51,280 nucleotides of DNA. Source: a virus. The stretch lies in IMG/VR virus record IMGVR_UViG_3300029703_000007; one strand, given 5' to 3'. This document shows, piece after piece, positions 24,496 through 32,666 of the stretch. A program made the position numbers and the translations under genes. Positions within the stretch are counted from its first letter, which is position 1. The number at the start of each line of letters is the position of its first letter. Below the pieces are notes generated by a model. That model saw nothing but the letters and a program-made list of their open reading frames with translations, did not search any database and was not told the DNA's origin.

Positions 24496-24847
24496 AAAAA
24501 GTTATTTCATCTTTGTGGACAGGGCGGCAATTTTGATAATAACTATCACCATCTCTTAAATACATATCATCTTCGTTATAGTCTACTAAAATTCCTAATA
24601 CTTTCCTTTCAATATTCCAAAACCAGCAGGGGATTCTATTTTCGATAATATATCCCCAATCTATAGGCTTTTGATAGACTTCCCAATCATTTATGAAAAA
24701 AGAAATATTGCGAAATACATATTCTGTACCACTTTCATCTAAAATTTTATTACCTTTCATATAAATAAAAGTATTTTTGCTCCACAGCGCACTTCTAATC
24801 TTTGCCCCTTTTCTGAACTCGGGCAACAGTTCTTCCAAATATGCCAT
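24467..24847 (-). CDS. DUF2829-like N-terminal module fused to a conserved C-terminal domain (126 aa); paralog of 26250..26633
   Basis: LPEFRKGAKIRSALW...NDWEVY then PIDWGYIIENRIPCWFW...NCRP...TFYE shared with the paralog. Confidence 0.6.
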   Translation of the reverse strand: MAYLEELLPEFRKGAKIRSALWSKNTFIYMKGNKILDESGTEYVFRNISFFINDWEVYQKPIDWGYIIENRIPCWFWNIERKVLGILVDYNEDDMYLRDGDSYYQNCRPVHKDEITFYEDEKDGNI

Positions 24848-25077
24848 TAGTAATCTCCTCCCTCGGCAAGAACATTATCCAACGTTGCAACAATGTTTTG
24901 ATTGGTGAACCCCTCATAGCTGTTCCAATCTGCTTTTGTATGTATAGATACTCCAGCGGAACATCCCCCGCAAAAAGGAACAAGTCCTAAATCGTTCACT
25001 TTCTGTATAGCTTTTTCAAGGCTCGTTAGCGCCTTTACCACCTCTTTAGTGTTATATTTATCATCATGTATCAACAT
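24847..25077 (-). CDS. Hypothetical protein (76 aa)
   Basis: ORF track. Confidence 0.5.
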   Translation of the reverse strand: MLIHDDKYNTKEVVKALTSLEKAIQKVNDLGLVPFCGGCSAGVSIHTKADWNSYEGFTNQNIVATLDNVLAEGGDY

Positions 25078-25202
25078 TCTTCAATCTCCGCACAAATGAA
25101 CTCTTTGCCAAAAAAATTGAAAGCTTTATTTTCTGACAAAATATAAAGCGAGAACACTAAACCGAGTGCTATTCCTATACCAATGTATTTAAACTTCATC
25201 AT
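25071..25202 (-). CDS. Small signal/TM peptide (43 aa), below cutoff
   Basis: Hand translation MMKFKYIGIGIALGLVFSLYILSENKAFNFFGKEFICAEIEEC; stop overlaps next ATG. Confidence 0.4.
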   Translation of the reverse strand: MMKFKYIGIGIALGLVFSLYILSENKAFNFFGKEFICAEIEEC

Positions 25203-25206
25203 TTAT

Positions 25207-25647
25207 CTAATTCCCTAACCCCTCAAAATTCCAAAAATCCATATTATCCCCACATTCATCTTTAATCGCCCAAGTCGGAAAATGACACCAAGTATTGTCT
25301 TTCAGCATAATGGCGATAAATTCATCATCGTTGCGAGGTCGCGCTAACACCCTTGACGAGGGACACCAGCCTATAATATCATCTCGGATAAATTCCTTGT
25401 TAGTATCGAAATCAAAGAAATTTTGGCAATAGCCAGCATTCCAATTTTCAAAGATAAATCGGTTGGCCGGAAGTTTGGGAATTGGTTTATTTATATTTGT
25501 TTTCTTTTCCGCAACTTCCACAACTTCTCCGTCTTTAAGCTCACACAATAAGCATGCTCCCCTTTGTAAGACTGGGCAAAATTTGTCGCAGCCGTTTTTA
25601 ATTCCATACTTGTAACATTCATTCATCGGACACTTCATTAAAAACAT
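25207..25647 (-). CDS. Cys-rich hypothetical protein (146 aa)
   Basis: ORF track; KCPMNEC...CDKFCP...CLLC. Confidence 0.55.
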   Translation of the reverse strand: MFLMKCPMNECYKYGIKNGCDKFCPVLQRGACLLCELKDGEVVEVAEKKTNINKPIPKLPANRFIFENWNAGYCQNFFDFDTNKEFIRDDIIGWCPSSRVLARPRNDDEFIAIMLKDNTWCHFPTWAIKDECGDNMDFWNFEGLGN

Positions 25648-25912
25648 TTCTTAAACCTTGGCACCGTTGGCCGTTACGCCAATAATCCCGATAGGGGTCT
25701 TTAATAAACTTGCCGTCTTTCTTGGCCGAAACCGAATAATCGGGCGTTTTTATATCCATGACCGCGCAATTTGTTTCGAGCTGATCGAGCAGCTTAACAA
25801 AATCCCTTTGCCATTCTTCCGGCATTGATTGAAGTATTGAACGCGGTAGCACCAAATATTTGGCATAACTCAAGCCAAAGAATATATGTATATAATCCTT
25901 GTAGTCAGTCAT
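25619..25912 (-). CDS. Hypothetical protein (97 aa)
   Basis: ORF track. Confidence 0.55.
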   Translation of the reverse strand: MTDYKDYIHIFFGLSYAKYLVLPRSILQSMPEEWQRDFVKLLDQLETNCAVMDIKTPDYSVSAKKDGKFIKDPYRDYWRNGQRCQGLRNVFNEVSDE

Positions 25913-26030
25913 TTCTTAACCTTTCTACAATGTTTAGAGATAAAATTATGCAAAGGAAAATTGCAATTATCAATGCAATCAAGCTCTTTATTTTCCCTTT
26001 GGCAATAATCACAACAATGCTCCCAGTCAT
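25905..26030 (-). CDS. Small TM protein (41 aa), below cutoff
   Basis: Hand translation MTGSIVVIIAKGKIKSLIALIIAIFLCIILSLNIVERLRND; stop overlaps next ATG. Confidence 0.4.
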   Translation of the reverse strand: MTGSIVVIIAKGKIKSLIALIIAIFLCIILSLNIVERLRND

Positions 26031-26056
26031 GGAACCCGAGCCAACAAAGCAAGCGC

Positions 26057-26275
26057 CTAATCATCTACAATCTCCCAATCATCAGCCATAATATCCACAT
26101 CAGATAAAGCCTTACTACAACATCCCGATTTTGTAATAAAACCACTCTCACACCAATCCGGCAGTCTTCCCCAAGTAAAAGCATAACTATCGAGCCATTT
26201 AGCTCTTTTTATATACTTATACTTTCTTACTCCCCAATGTAAAGCCTGTTCAAATCTCATCTTTTTTGCCCTCAT
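26057..26275 (-). CDS. DUF2829-like small protein (72 aa)
   Basis: MRFEQALHWG..YIKRAKW......DIMADDWEIVDD matches the F..A...G..v.R..W ... D..A.DWEIV pattern of DUF2829. Confidence 0.55.
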   Translation of the reverse strand: MRAKKMRFEQALHWGVRKYKYIKRAKWLDSYAFTWGRLPDWCESGFITKSGCCSKALSDVDIMADDWEIVDD

Positions 26276-26633
26276 AAAAAGTTAATTCATCTCTGCGGGC
26301 AGGGCGGCAATTTTTATATAAACTTCTATTCCCTGCGTCATCAAACATAATAAAATCGTATTCAACACCTTTTTCTATTTTTCCCAGAGTTCCGCATATA
26401 GCCCAATTTAAGTTATCATCCCAAAACCAGCAAAGGCACCTATTTTCGATGATATAGTTCCAGTCAATAGGCTCTTGATAAAATTCCCAGTCAGAAGCTT
26501 CCAATTCTTTATTTGTAAAAATAAGACCTTTTTTAAAATCAGATATTTCAACAAAATCATTATCTCCCCAGTATTTACGCCTAATTTTAGCACCGTTTCT
26601 GAACTCGGGCAGCAGTTCTTCTAAATATGACAT
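26250..26633 (-). CDS. DUF2829-like N-terminal module fused to a conserved C-terminal domain (127 aa; ORF-track start 26732)
   Basis: AAGGAG SD before ATG 26633; MSYLEELLPEFRNGAKIRRKYW...SDWEFY; paralog of 24467..24847. Confidence 0.6.
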   Translation of the reverse strand: MSYLEELLPEFRNGAKIRRKYWGDNDFVEISDFKKGLIFTNKELEASDWEFYQEPIDWNYIIENRCLCWFWDDNLNWAICGTLGKIEKGVEYDFIMFDDAGNRSLYKNCRPARRDELTFYEGKKDEI

Positions 26634-27088
26634 TCTTTTCTCCTTAAAGCCGAAACAATTAAACCCCAAGTAGGATTCTCCCTTTCTAAAAGCGGCGCAG
26701 GGCACACCAGAGTTACAAGCTCGTAGTAACATGAAAAATCTTTTTTATCCAAATCAATTTCCAAAGCACCAGCCCAAAGGGGGATTTCTTCTTTTTTCAA
26801 AAGACCTTTAGGAAAGGCATAATAAATTTCATTTGAAAACAATCTCGCGGCGACTTGTTTCCGACAGTTGTTCTTATCCCTTAAAAAATCAGACCGACTA
26901 ACCTTAATTTCGATTGTTACTGTCTTATTTCCTTTTTCAGGACTAATACAAAATAGGTCGGCTCTTTTTTCGCTTGTATTGCCATATCCAGAACCAAAAC
27001 GAAATTCAGGAACACAGATATAATGGTCGAAAGGATATGTTCTTGGTAAAATATCAAGAATTGCCGCTGTTTTTTCTTTATCGGTCAT
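26621..27088 (-). CDS. PD-(D/E)XK nuclease-fold protein (MmcB-like) (155 aa)
   Basis: ADLFCIS...VTIEIKVSRSDF = D...ExK core. Confidence 0.5.
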   Translation of the reverse strand: MTDKEKTAAILDILPRTYPFDHYICVPEFRFGSGYGNTSEKRADLFCISPEKGNKTVTIEIKVSRSDFLRDKNNCRKQVAARLFSNEIYYAFPKGLLKKEEIPLWAGALEIDLDKKDFSCYYELVTLVCPAPLLERENPTWGLIVSALRRKECHI

Positions 27089-27288
27089 CCCTTAATCTCC
27101 TTTAATGCTTGCTGCGCGTCAAATACGATGTTTTTTAAAATCACCTCGGCATCGTAATCATATTGTGTTGAGGTGTCAGCTTGTTCTTCAATCCATTTCA
27201 AAGCCTTAACAGCAATCTCCAGCTTTTTCTCTAATTCAATCTCTCGGTCGGTCTTAGTCATTATTAAACTCCTTGCTGTTGACGGCAT
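27085..27288 (-). CDS. Hypothetical protein (67 aa)
   Basis: ORF track. Confidence 0.5.
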   Translation of the reverse strand: MPSTARSLIMTKTDREIELEKKLEIAVKALKWIEEQADTSTQYDYDAEVILKNIVFDAQQALKEIKG

Positions 27289-27475
27289 CTTGCCACGTTG
27301 GATATTCTGCGATTAAATCCGATTGAACTCCGCCAAAATCATTCTTTACCTGCATAGTTAATCCACTTGGGGTAATAAGGTGTATTTCGACATTATGATT
27401 TACGTCCTTTTTTACCCGAGTTATTGCAAAGATAAAGCCGTTATAACCCTTATAAATCTGTCCGGACTTAATCAT
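27254..27475 (-). CDS. Hypothetical protein (73 aa)
   Basis: ORF track. Confidence 0.5.
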   Translation of the reverse strand: MIKSGQIYKGYNGFIFAITRVKKDVNHNVEIHLITPSGLTMQVKNDFGGVQSDLIAEYPTWQDAVNSKEFNND

Positions 27476-27677
27476 TTTTCCTCACAATATTTAAGAGAAA
27501 CCGGAGCCGTTTATTATCTTTATCCAAAGCTTCGTTTCTGTGTTTTAGCCAGATAACATGCTGATTTTCACTTTGCAGCCGTTTAATTTCAGCTTTCAAT
27601 CTCTCGATCTCAGCGCCTTGTTTTGCTATTATGTCGATATGGTCGGCTCTTTCATCATAATTAACTAATGTCATCAC
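27468..27677 (-). CDS. Coiled-coil hypothetical protein (69 aa)
   Basis: ORF track. Confidence 0.5.
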   Translation of the reverse strand: MMTLVNYDERADHIDIIAKQGAEIERLKAEIKRLQSENQHVIWLKHRNEALDKDNKRLRFLLNIVRKND

Positions 27678-27781
27678 TCCTCGCTTTCACCGATACTGGC
27701 GTTGATACGGGTTAAAACATCAGATGTTTTCCAAACCCAGTCACAACTATAAAACCTAATACCTTTTATCATGTTTTCCAT
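27674..27781 (-). CDS. Possible 35-aa ORF (MENMIKGIRFYSCDWVWKTSDVLTRINASIGESEE)
   Basis: Hand translation; stop overlaps next ATG; weak RBS. Confidence 0.3.
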   Translation of the reverse strand: MENMIKGIRFYSCDWVWKTSDVLTRINASIGESEE

Positions 27782-27833
27782 CTCTTTTTGAATGTACGGC
27801 TTGACGCCGCCGGAAATGGTTAAAGGGTTAAAA

Positions 27834-28202
27834 TTACAAAGCTAGCACCGGGCGAACGTAAGGATAGTCGTTGCCCTTACCGCCCCAGTCCAAACCGGAA
27901 CTGTTGCCAAAGCTAGAGGTCCACGCGTAGCCGTAACTGCACTCCGACGAAGACCAGTACCAACTTTTTTTCAACGGCTCGCCGCCCGCTCTGACGAGGG
28001 CTTTGTTGACAGCATCCAAATTTTCGGCAATCGCCATCCACTCGTTTTTTGTCGGTATGCCAATTTTTACGGCGTCATACCAACTCATCTGTTGCGGCTT
28101 GTCCTGCAGCGCAATAATAATTACCCGTCCGTTGATAGCGGCGGCGCGAACGCCGACCGGCTGGCCGTTCTTTTTCACAATCATTACTCTGAATTTTGAC
28201 AT
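27834..28202 (-). CDS. DUF1566 (Lcl C-terminal-like) domain protein (122 aa)
   Basis: IPTKNEWMAI...SWYWSSSE...YAWTSSF...YVRPV matches the W.lPt..E...yWSS...aw...f...vR.v pattern. Confidence 0.65.
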   Translation of the reverse strand: MSKFRVMIVKKNGQPVGVRAAAINGRVIIIALQDKPQQMSWYDAVKIGIPTKNEWMAIAENLDAVNKALVRAGGEPLKKSWYWSSSECSYGYAWTSSFGNSSGLDWGGKGNDYPYVRPVLAL

Positions 28203-28216
28203 CGTTTATTTCCTCT

Positions 28217-28654
28217 TCAAAAATAAAACACCGGGCGAACGAATAGATTGGTGTAGTTGTACTTATAGTCGCTGTACAAACCGTATCTGTCGCCTAGGTA
28301 AGAGTTCCACGCGTAGCTGCCGGAGCTCTCCGACGAAGACCAGTAAGTGCCGTTCAACATCTTGCCGCCAGCGTTTCTCAGCATTTTGTTGATAGTGCTT
28401 AAGTTATCGCAAATAAATTTTAGTTCATGTTTCATCGGCAGGCGGCAATAGTGTTCTTCACACCAAACTTTTGCCTCGAACCAGTCCATTTTCTCTGGAG
28501 CATCTTCTAACGCAAGGTCAAAATAATGCTGGTTATCAATATAGCAGCGTATGGCGACAGCTTTGCCATCTTTTGTTACCATCTCAATTGTTCCGGCGGT
28601 TTTTGCCGGCTCAAAAGCCAAATTATCCTCATAATCCGGTGCATTATTAGTCAT
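28217..28654 (-). CDS. DUF1566 domain protein (145 aa), distinct N-terminus
   Basis: LPMKHELKFI...TYWSSSES...YAWNSYL...FVRPV. Confidence 0.65.
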   Translation of the reverse strand: MTNNAPDYEDNLAFEPAKTAGTIEMVTKDGKAVAIRCYIDNQHYFDLALEDAPEKMDWFEAKVWCEEHYCRLPMKHELKFICDNLSTINKMLRNAGGKMLNGTYWSSSESSGSYAWNSYLGDRYGLYSDYKYNYTNLFVRPVFYF

Positions 28655-29132
28655 TTTTCAATCCTTTCAATTTATCTGACCAATGTTTTATTAGTTTTAA
28701 GTCTTCTTCTCGCTGCTTGCTACTATAATACATGTCATTTTCGCATTCGTGCATATACTCTTGATTTACAGCCCACTGAAAACCGTTTAATACATCCTCC
28801 AAACTTTCGACTATCGCGCCGCCGGCAGTTTTATAATGCGGTTTCCCTTTAAGAATATTTGTAATTATAACAGGACTCACGCCTAAAAATTTTGCAGCAT
28901 CGGAAGCGGTTTTAAAAACCTCTGTCTTACCGTTTTGTAAATGTAATAGTACGCCATCGGTTTGTGTAATAGTAGTTGGGTCAACAAGTAATGGTACTAA
29001 TGCACTTTTAAACGTTTCGTGTGTTGTGAGTGTAATAGTATCACCGAGAACAAGCTTAAGATGTCTTAAATTTTTAATTACCATTCGAGTTTTAAACCCG
29101 TTCGCGTGCGTAATGGTACAGCTGTAAAACAT
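28647..29132 (-). CDS. Protein with homing-endonuclease-type (NUMOD1/IENR1-like) HTH (161 aa)
   Basis: VFKTASDAAKFLGVSPVIITNILKGKPHYKTAGG pattern. Confidence 0.5.
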   Translation of the reverse strand: MFYSCTITHANGFKTRMVIKNLRHLKLVLGDTITLTTHETFKSALVPLLVDPTTITQTDGVLLHLQNGKTEVFKTASDAAKFLGVSPVIITNILKGKPHYKTAGGAIVESLEDVLNGFQWAVNQEYMHECENDMYYSSKQREEDLKLIKHWSDKLKGLKND

Positions 29133-29147
29133 TTTTACACATCCTTT

Positions 29148-29723
29148 TTATTTGTGAAGTTTAACCGTAAAGCCGAAACTTTCAGCTTCTGATAAGTTTT
29201 TTGTTGTAAATAAAACATTGCCGAAATCGTCTAAAACATCCCAGTCACTTGTTTTAATATCCCCCGGTTTTAAATTTAAAGGCTGTAATAATGCCGCCTT
29301 TTTTTTATTATAACTTTCTAATAAAATAGCGTTGTCAGCTCTTGACGGAATTAAAAGCCGTGAATCATTCCCGATAAAATTTAAAGCAATTTTAAAATAA
29401 CTTTCCTTAATTAAAAAATTGTCAATCTGTGCGAGGCCGGCTGTATATTTTATTCTATCAAGCTGCCAAAGTCGCCGAACGTTTTCTTTTGCCAAATTAT
29501 ATACAATTTTCCAATCGGCGAGAGGTTTTAAGTCGGTCGGAGCAGGCACGGGCATTTGAAGACGCCAGCAAAGCGAAAGTTGACCGCCGCCGCTGTCATC
29601 AATAAGCATAATCATCCCGTCAGACGCTATATATTTCCCGTCTGTATCTTGATAAACATATTGTAGCGCCGGCCTGTCCATTAAACGACTTGTCACTTTG
29701 TCAAGCTCGCACGAGTAAAACAT
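29148..29723 (-). CDS. Hypothetical protein (191 aa; ORF-track start 29780)
   Basis: ATG 29723 follows the stop of the small upstream ORF by 2 nt; N-terminus MFYSC shared with 28647..29132. Confidence 0.5.
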   Translation of the reverse strand: MFYSCELDKVTSRLMDRPALQYVYQDTDGKYIASDGMIMLIDDSGGGQLSLCWRLQMPVPAPTDLKPLADWKIVYNLAKENVRRLWQLDRIKYTAGLAQIDNFLIKESYFKIALNFIGNDSRLLIPSRADNAILLESYNKKKAALLQPLNLKPGDIKTSDWDVLDDFGNVLFTTKNLSEAESFGFTVKLHK

Positions 29724-29725
29724 TT

Positions 29726-29890
29726 TTAATAATCCTTTAAAATTGTTAAACATTCCGTCTTTGACAAATCTTTTAAACAAATAAAATATTCTGTTTCAGC
29801 CTCATAATAAGCATTTTGCCGATGAAAGCCGCTATTTGCGGCGATAAGAATCGCCGCAAATATTAAAACCGTTGTAAAATATTTAAACAT
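29726..29890 (-). CDS. Small secreted/membrane protein (54 aa), below cutoff
   Basis: Hand translation MFKYFTTVLIFAAILIAANSGFHRQNAYYEAETEYFICLKDLSKTECLTILKDY. Confidence 0.4.
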   Translation of the reverse strand: MFKYFTTVLIFAAILIAANSGFHRQNAYYEAETEYFICLKDLSKTECLTILKDY

Positions 29891-29914
29891 TTTGGTTATT
29901 TCCTTACGTAACCA

Positions 29915-30280
29915 TTAAAAATTTACAATTACGCGGACATTATGTCTAAACGGTTTTTCATCAAAATTTAAACCGGATATTCTGTTAAAATCATAATAAA
30001 GCGCGTAATCGTGCCTGGCTTCCGACGCCGACCAATAACAGTCTCTTTTAAGCGGCTCCCCGCCTGCCTGCTCGCATGCGTCATTGATAGCGTCAAAATT
30101 TTCACTAATCGCAAACCATTCTTCAATTGACGGGATTGCTTGATATGAAGCGCTAAACCAATTCATCCGCTCCGGCTCATCTTGAAGCGCAAGGGTAATT
30201 ATCCGGCCGTTTATTTGGGCGGCACGGACGCCTACCGGTTTGCCGTTTCTTTTAACAATTTCAACTTTAAATTTTGTCAT
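29915..30280 (-). CDS. DUF1566 domain protein (121 aa; ORF-track start 30358), close paralog of 27834..28202
   Basis: MTKFKVEIVKRNGKPVGVRAAQINGRI... aligns with MSKFRVMIVKKNGQPVGVRAAAINGRV...; CYWSASE...VRVI. Confidence 0.65.
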   Translation of the reverse strand: MTKFKVEIVKRNGKPVGVRAAQINGRIITLALQDEPERMNWFSASYQAIPSIEEWFAISENFDAINDACEQAGGEPLKRDCYWSASEARHDYALYYDFNRISGLNFDEKPFRHNVRVIVNF

Positions 30281-30284
30281 CTCA

Positions 30285-30476
30285 TTACCCCTTAAAATTA
30301 ATTTCAGCACCGTCGACACAATCAACAGCTTCGCGCAGATATCCCGGCAAACCGTCAACCATGTCGCAAACCCATTGATTGTTATATCCGTAAATTTGGA
30401 AACTTATTGAATCTTTCCCGGAATTTATGGCTTTTTCAACCATACTTTTAAAATCACTTGAATCAATTTTTTTCAT
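30285..30476 (-). CDS. Hypothetical protein (63 aa)
   Basis: ORF track; first gene after promoter copy 1. Confidence 0.5.
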   Translation of the reverse strand: MKKIDSSDFKSMVEKAINSGKDSISFQIYGYNNQWVCDMVDGLPGYLREAVDCVDGAEINFKG

Positions 30477-30507
30477 GTTCGAATCCTTTTCTTGTGTTTA
30501 TACTTAA

Positions 30508-30536
30508 TATATAACATAAATTATTAAAATTGTCAA
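30508..30536 (-). promoter_or_regulatory. Leftward consensus promoter copy 1 (TTGACA-17-TATATA)
   Basis: Minus-strand TTGACA = 30531-30536, TATATA = 30508-30513; part of a ~58-bp block duplicated at 32224-32281. Confidence 0.65.
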
Positions 30537-30557
30537 TAGGCTTTTTAATAATTTATG

Positions 30558-30860
30558 TTAAAAACTCCACGGTCCTTTGATGATTTTACTGTTGCCCGTG
30601 CCGGGTTTGTACCAGACAAAACCCCCACCCGCCGCGCCTTGTCTCCATTTTGTGCAGCTTAATTGATTGTCAATAAATATTTTACCATCCGGCCGCAATT
30701 CTACAACATCAGCGTCCCAAAAATTTTTTATTTTGTCAGCCAAGTCTTGCAGCGTCGACGCCGTGTCATTTACTTCTTCGCGCTGTAATTCAATTTCATA
30801 AGCTGTTTTTAGCTCCGTGATGTCTCGATTCGTAAGTTTTGCACGATTTAAAATTTGCAT
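30558..30860 (-). CDS. Hypothetical protein (100 aa)
   Basis: ORF track. Confidence 0.55.
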   Translation of the reverse strand: MQILNRAKLTNRDITELKTAYEIELQREEVNDTASTLQDLADKIKNFWDADVVELRPDGKIFIDNQLSCTKWRQGAAGGGFVWYKPGTGNSKIIKGPWSF

Positions 30861-30864
30861 GGCG

Positions 30865-31026
30865 TTAACTTCTGATACTTTTAATATAGGCGTTGTTAAA
30901 ACCTAAATATTGCAAAATCCCTAATTGTGTTTTTGCATGATTTAAATAATAACATTTAACAGCTACGTCTTTTTTAGTTGGTTTTTTATCAAGCCCGAAA
31001 TACACGATAAATTTTGCTTTTTGCAT
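30865..31026 (-). CDS. Hypothetical protein (53 aa), below cutoff
   Basis: AAGGGGG SD before ATG 31026; MQKAKFIVYFGLDKKPTKKDVAVKCYYLNHAK... Confidence 0.45.
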   Translation of the reverse strand: MQKAKFIVYFGLDKKPTKKDVAVKCYYLNHAKTQLGILQYLGFNNAYIKSIRS

Positions 31027-31068
31027 TTTAACCCCCTTAAGCGGCTGGCATGTTCTAAGGCTTTTTCT

Positions 31069-31428
31069 TTATTGAAAAAGCAATCTCATCATGGACGGGC
31101 ATTGTTCAACTACTCCGCACGGTGTCAACATATACCATTTGTTTGTTGCTATCTCCACGCCGTTCGCGTATTGTTTACCGGCTTTTTGTGTTATTCTTAA
31201 ACCTTGAATCGCGTTTAAACGTTCGCGGATCGTCTGCGTTGGCCGGTTCGCAAGCGTAAAAAATATTTGTCCTTTGTCGTTATGTTCAGCAATTAAATTT
31301 TCGTGTAAATATAAGCGCGCGCCGCTGTCGTCGCTTTGGACTCTGGTGTTTGACTGTTTGAAGTTTTGAAAGCGGTTGAAAGCGTCCGCGGCTTTGTAAC
31401 TAATATCTTTCATTTTTGAATCCTCCAT
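31069..31428 (-). CDS. Hypothetical protein (119 aa)
   Basis: ORF track. Confidence 0.55.
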   Translation of the reverse strand: MEDSKMKDISYKAADAFNRFQNFKQSNTRVQSDDSGARLYLHENLIAEHNDKGQIFFTLANRPTQTIRERLNAIQGLRITQKAGKQYANGVEIATNKWYMLTPCGVVEQCPSMMRLLFQ

Positions 31429-31438
31429 AAATTATTAA

Positions 31439-31894
31439 TTAGCCAAAAATTTCAACAATTTGATATTTTTTAATTTTTAACATTTTGCAAAGTGATTCTA
31501 ACACAAATTTATTATCACCACTTCCGCCGAAGCTTGGAAAGTTAAAAATTCCCGCGTTGTTAATCGCTTCTTCAAACGCCGCGCTTTGTCTGTTATAACC
31601 ATAACCGCCCGCGCAACCACTGCCGCGCGTGTCGACGCCAACGCCGTTGGCGGTTATCCACAAGCAACAATAACTTGTAGATTTAGTGTTATAAAATCTA
31701 ACGTCAATCGCTTCCACAAAATTCCCATTGCAATTTTTTTCTTCGAAATTGAGAACTTTATAACCGGAAGTGAAATTATTTTCTTTTCTGAATTTAACGT
31801 TAAATTTTTGCCGGGCCGGGTCAATGTCAACTTTTATCATTTTTTCATCAGCTGCCCAACATGACGGTTTATTTTTAAATTTAAGTGTTATCAT
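31439..31894 (-). CDS. Hypothetical protein (151 aa)
   Basis: ORF track. Confidence 0.55.
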   Translation of the reverse strand: MITLKFKNKPSCWAADEKMIKVDIDPARQKFNVKFRKENNFTSGYKVLNFEEKNCNGNFVEAIDVRFYNTKSTSYCCLWITANGVGVDTRGSGCAGGYGYNRQSAAFEEAINNAGIFNFPSFGGSGDNKFVLESLCKMLKIKKYQIVEIFG

Positions 31895-31917
31895 TGTTTT
31901 TAACCTCCAAATATGTT

Positions 31918-32220
31918 TTACATTAATTTACTATCAACTTGTTCGCGTATAACCGCAATAGCTTCTTGATTTAAAGCCGTTTTTAGCAATTCAACGATAG
32001 GACCAATATCCAAATCGCCGCTGAAGTCTATTATTTGGACGAGTAGCGTCGTCTCTAAAACTCGAGTCCCGTCGGTATGCGTATAAAGCCCCTTGCCCTC
32101 TGTTATCGTGCAATCTCCGACAATACCGCCAACAATTTTATAAGCATCTGTTGTTAAAATTTCTTGCTGTTTGGTGTCTTTGTCGTTAAGCCCTATATAC
32201 AAATTAAATTTTGTAAACAT
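31918..32220 (-). CDS. Hypothetical protein (100 aa; ORF-track start 32262 lies upstream of the predicted transcription start)
   Basis: AAAGGA SD before ATG 32220; the -10 box of promoter copy 2 is at 32253-32258. Confidence 0.55.
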   Translation of the reverse strand: MFTKFNLYIGLNDKDTKQQEILTTDAYKIVGGIVGDCTITEGKGLYTHTDGTRVLETTLLVQIIDFSGDLDIGPIVELLKTALNQEAIAVIREQVDSKLM

Positions 32221-32252
32221 TTTTCGAATCCTTTCTTTATGTTTATACTTAA

Positions 32253-32281
32253 TATATAACATAAATTATAAATGTTGTCAA
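32253..32281 (-). promoter_or_regulatory. Leftward consensus promoter copy 2 (TTGACA-17-TATATA)
   Basis: Minus-strand TTGACA = 32276-32281, TATATA = 32253-32258. Confidence 0.65.
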
Positions 32282-32402
32282 TACTTTATGTTAAAAATCT
32301 GTTGGCTAAAGGTGTTAAAAATGTTAAAAATGTTTTTAATAAAATGACTTCATTCTTCTGAAACCCTTGGTATACTTGGAATCTAGAGAGTTGTTAATAT
32401 TT

Positions 32403-32428
32403 GTTGTATAGTTATATAACTAAACAAC
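32403..32428. repeat. 26-bp near-perfect palindrome GTTGTAT-AGTTATATAACT-AAACAAC
   Basis: Core AGTTATATAACT (32410-32421) is perfectly palindromic; flanks match 6/7. Confidence 0.7.
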
Positions 32429-32592
32429 TACAACTTACAACTTTTAAAATCGCGACTTGAAAACGAAAAAAACGACGTTTCCATCCTATCAACATGACCA
32501 ACACACAACTAAATTATAATAACTTTCGTAACATAAATTATTAATGTTGTTAATGTTGTTAATGTTAATAAGACGTACGATGTTAATGTTAA

Positions 32593-32650
32593 GGGGGGGG
32601 GTGGTCCCGGGGTGTTTGGAGCTTCTCTTACCCCAAACCCCGAAACACTG
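32593..32650. other. GC-rich island in the AT-rich control region (G9 tract, TCCCGGGG, GGGGTGTTTGG...CCCCAAACCCC)
   Basis: Read directly; G9 = 32593-32601. Confidence 0.6.
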
Positions 32651-32666
32651 AAAACACCAAAAACTC

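Noticed and set aside
30476-30492. GTTCGAATCC, the tRNA T-arm consensus, seen here and as TTCGAATCC at 32224; considered a tRNA or tRNA fragment
   Set aside because: No acceptor, D or anticodon arms can be drawn around it. It is the reverse complement of the RBS and leader (AGGATTCGAA) of the duplicated early promoter cassette.
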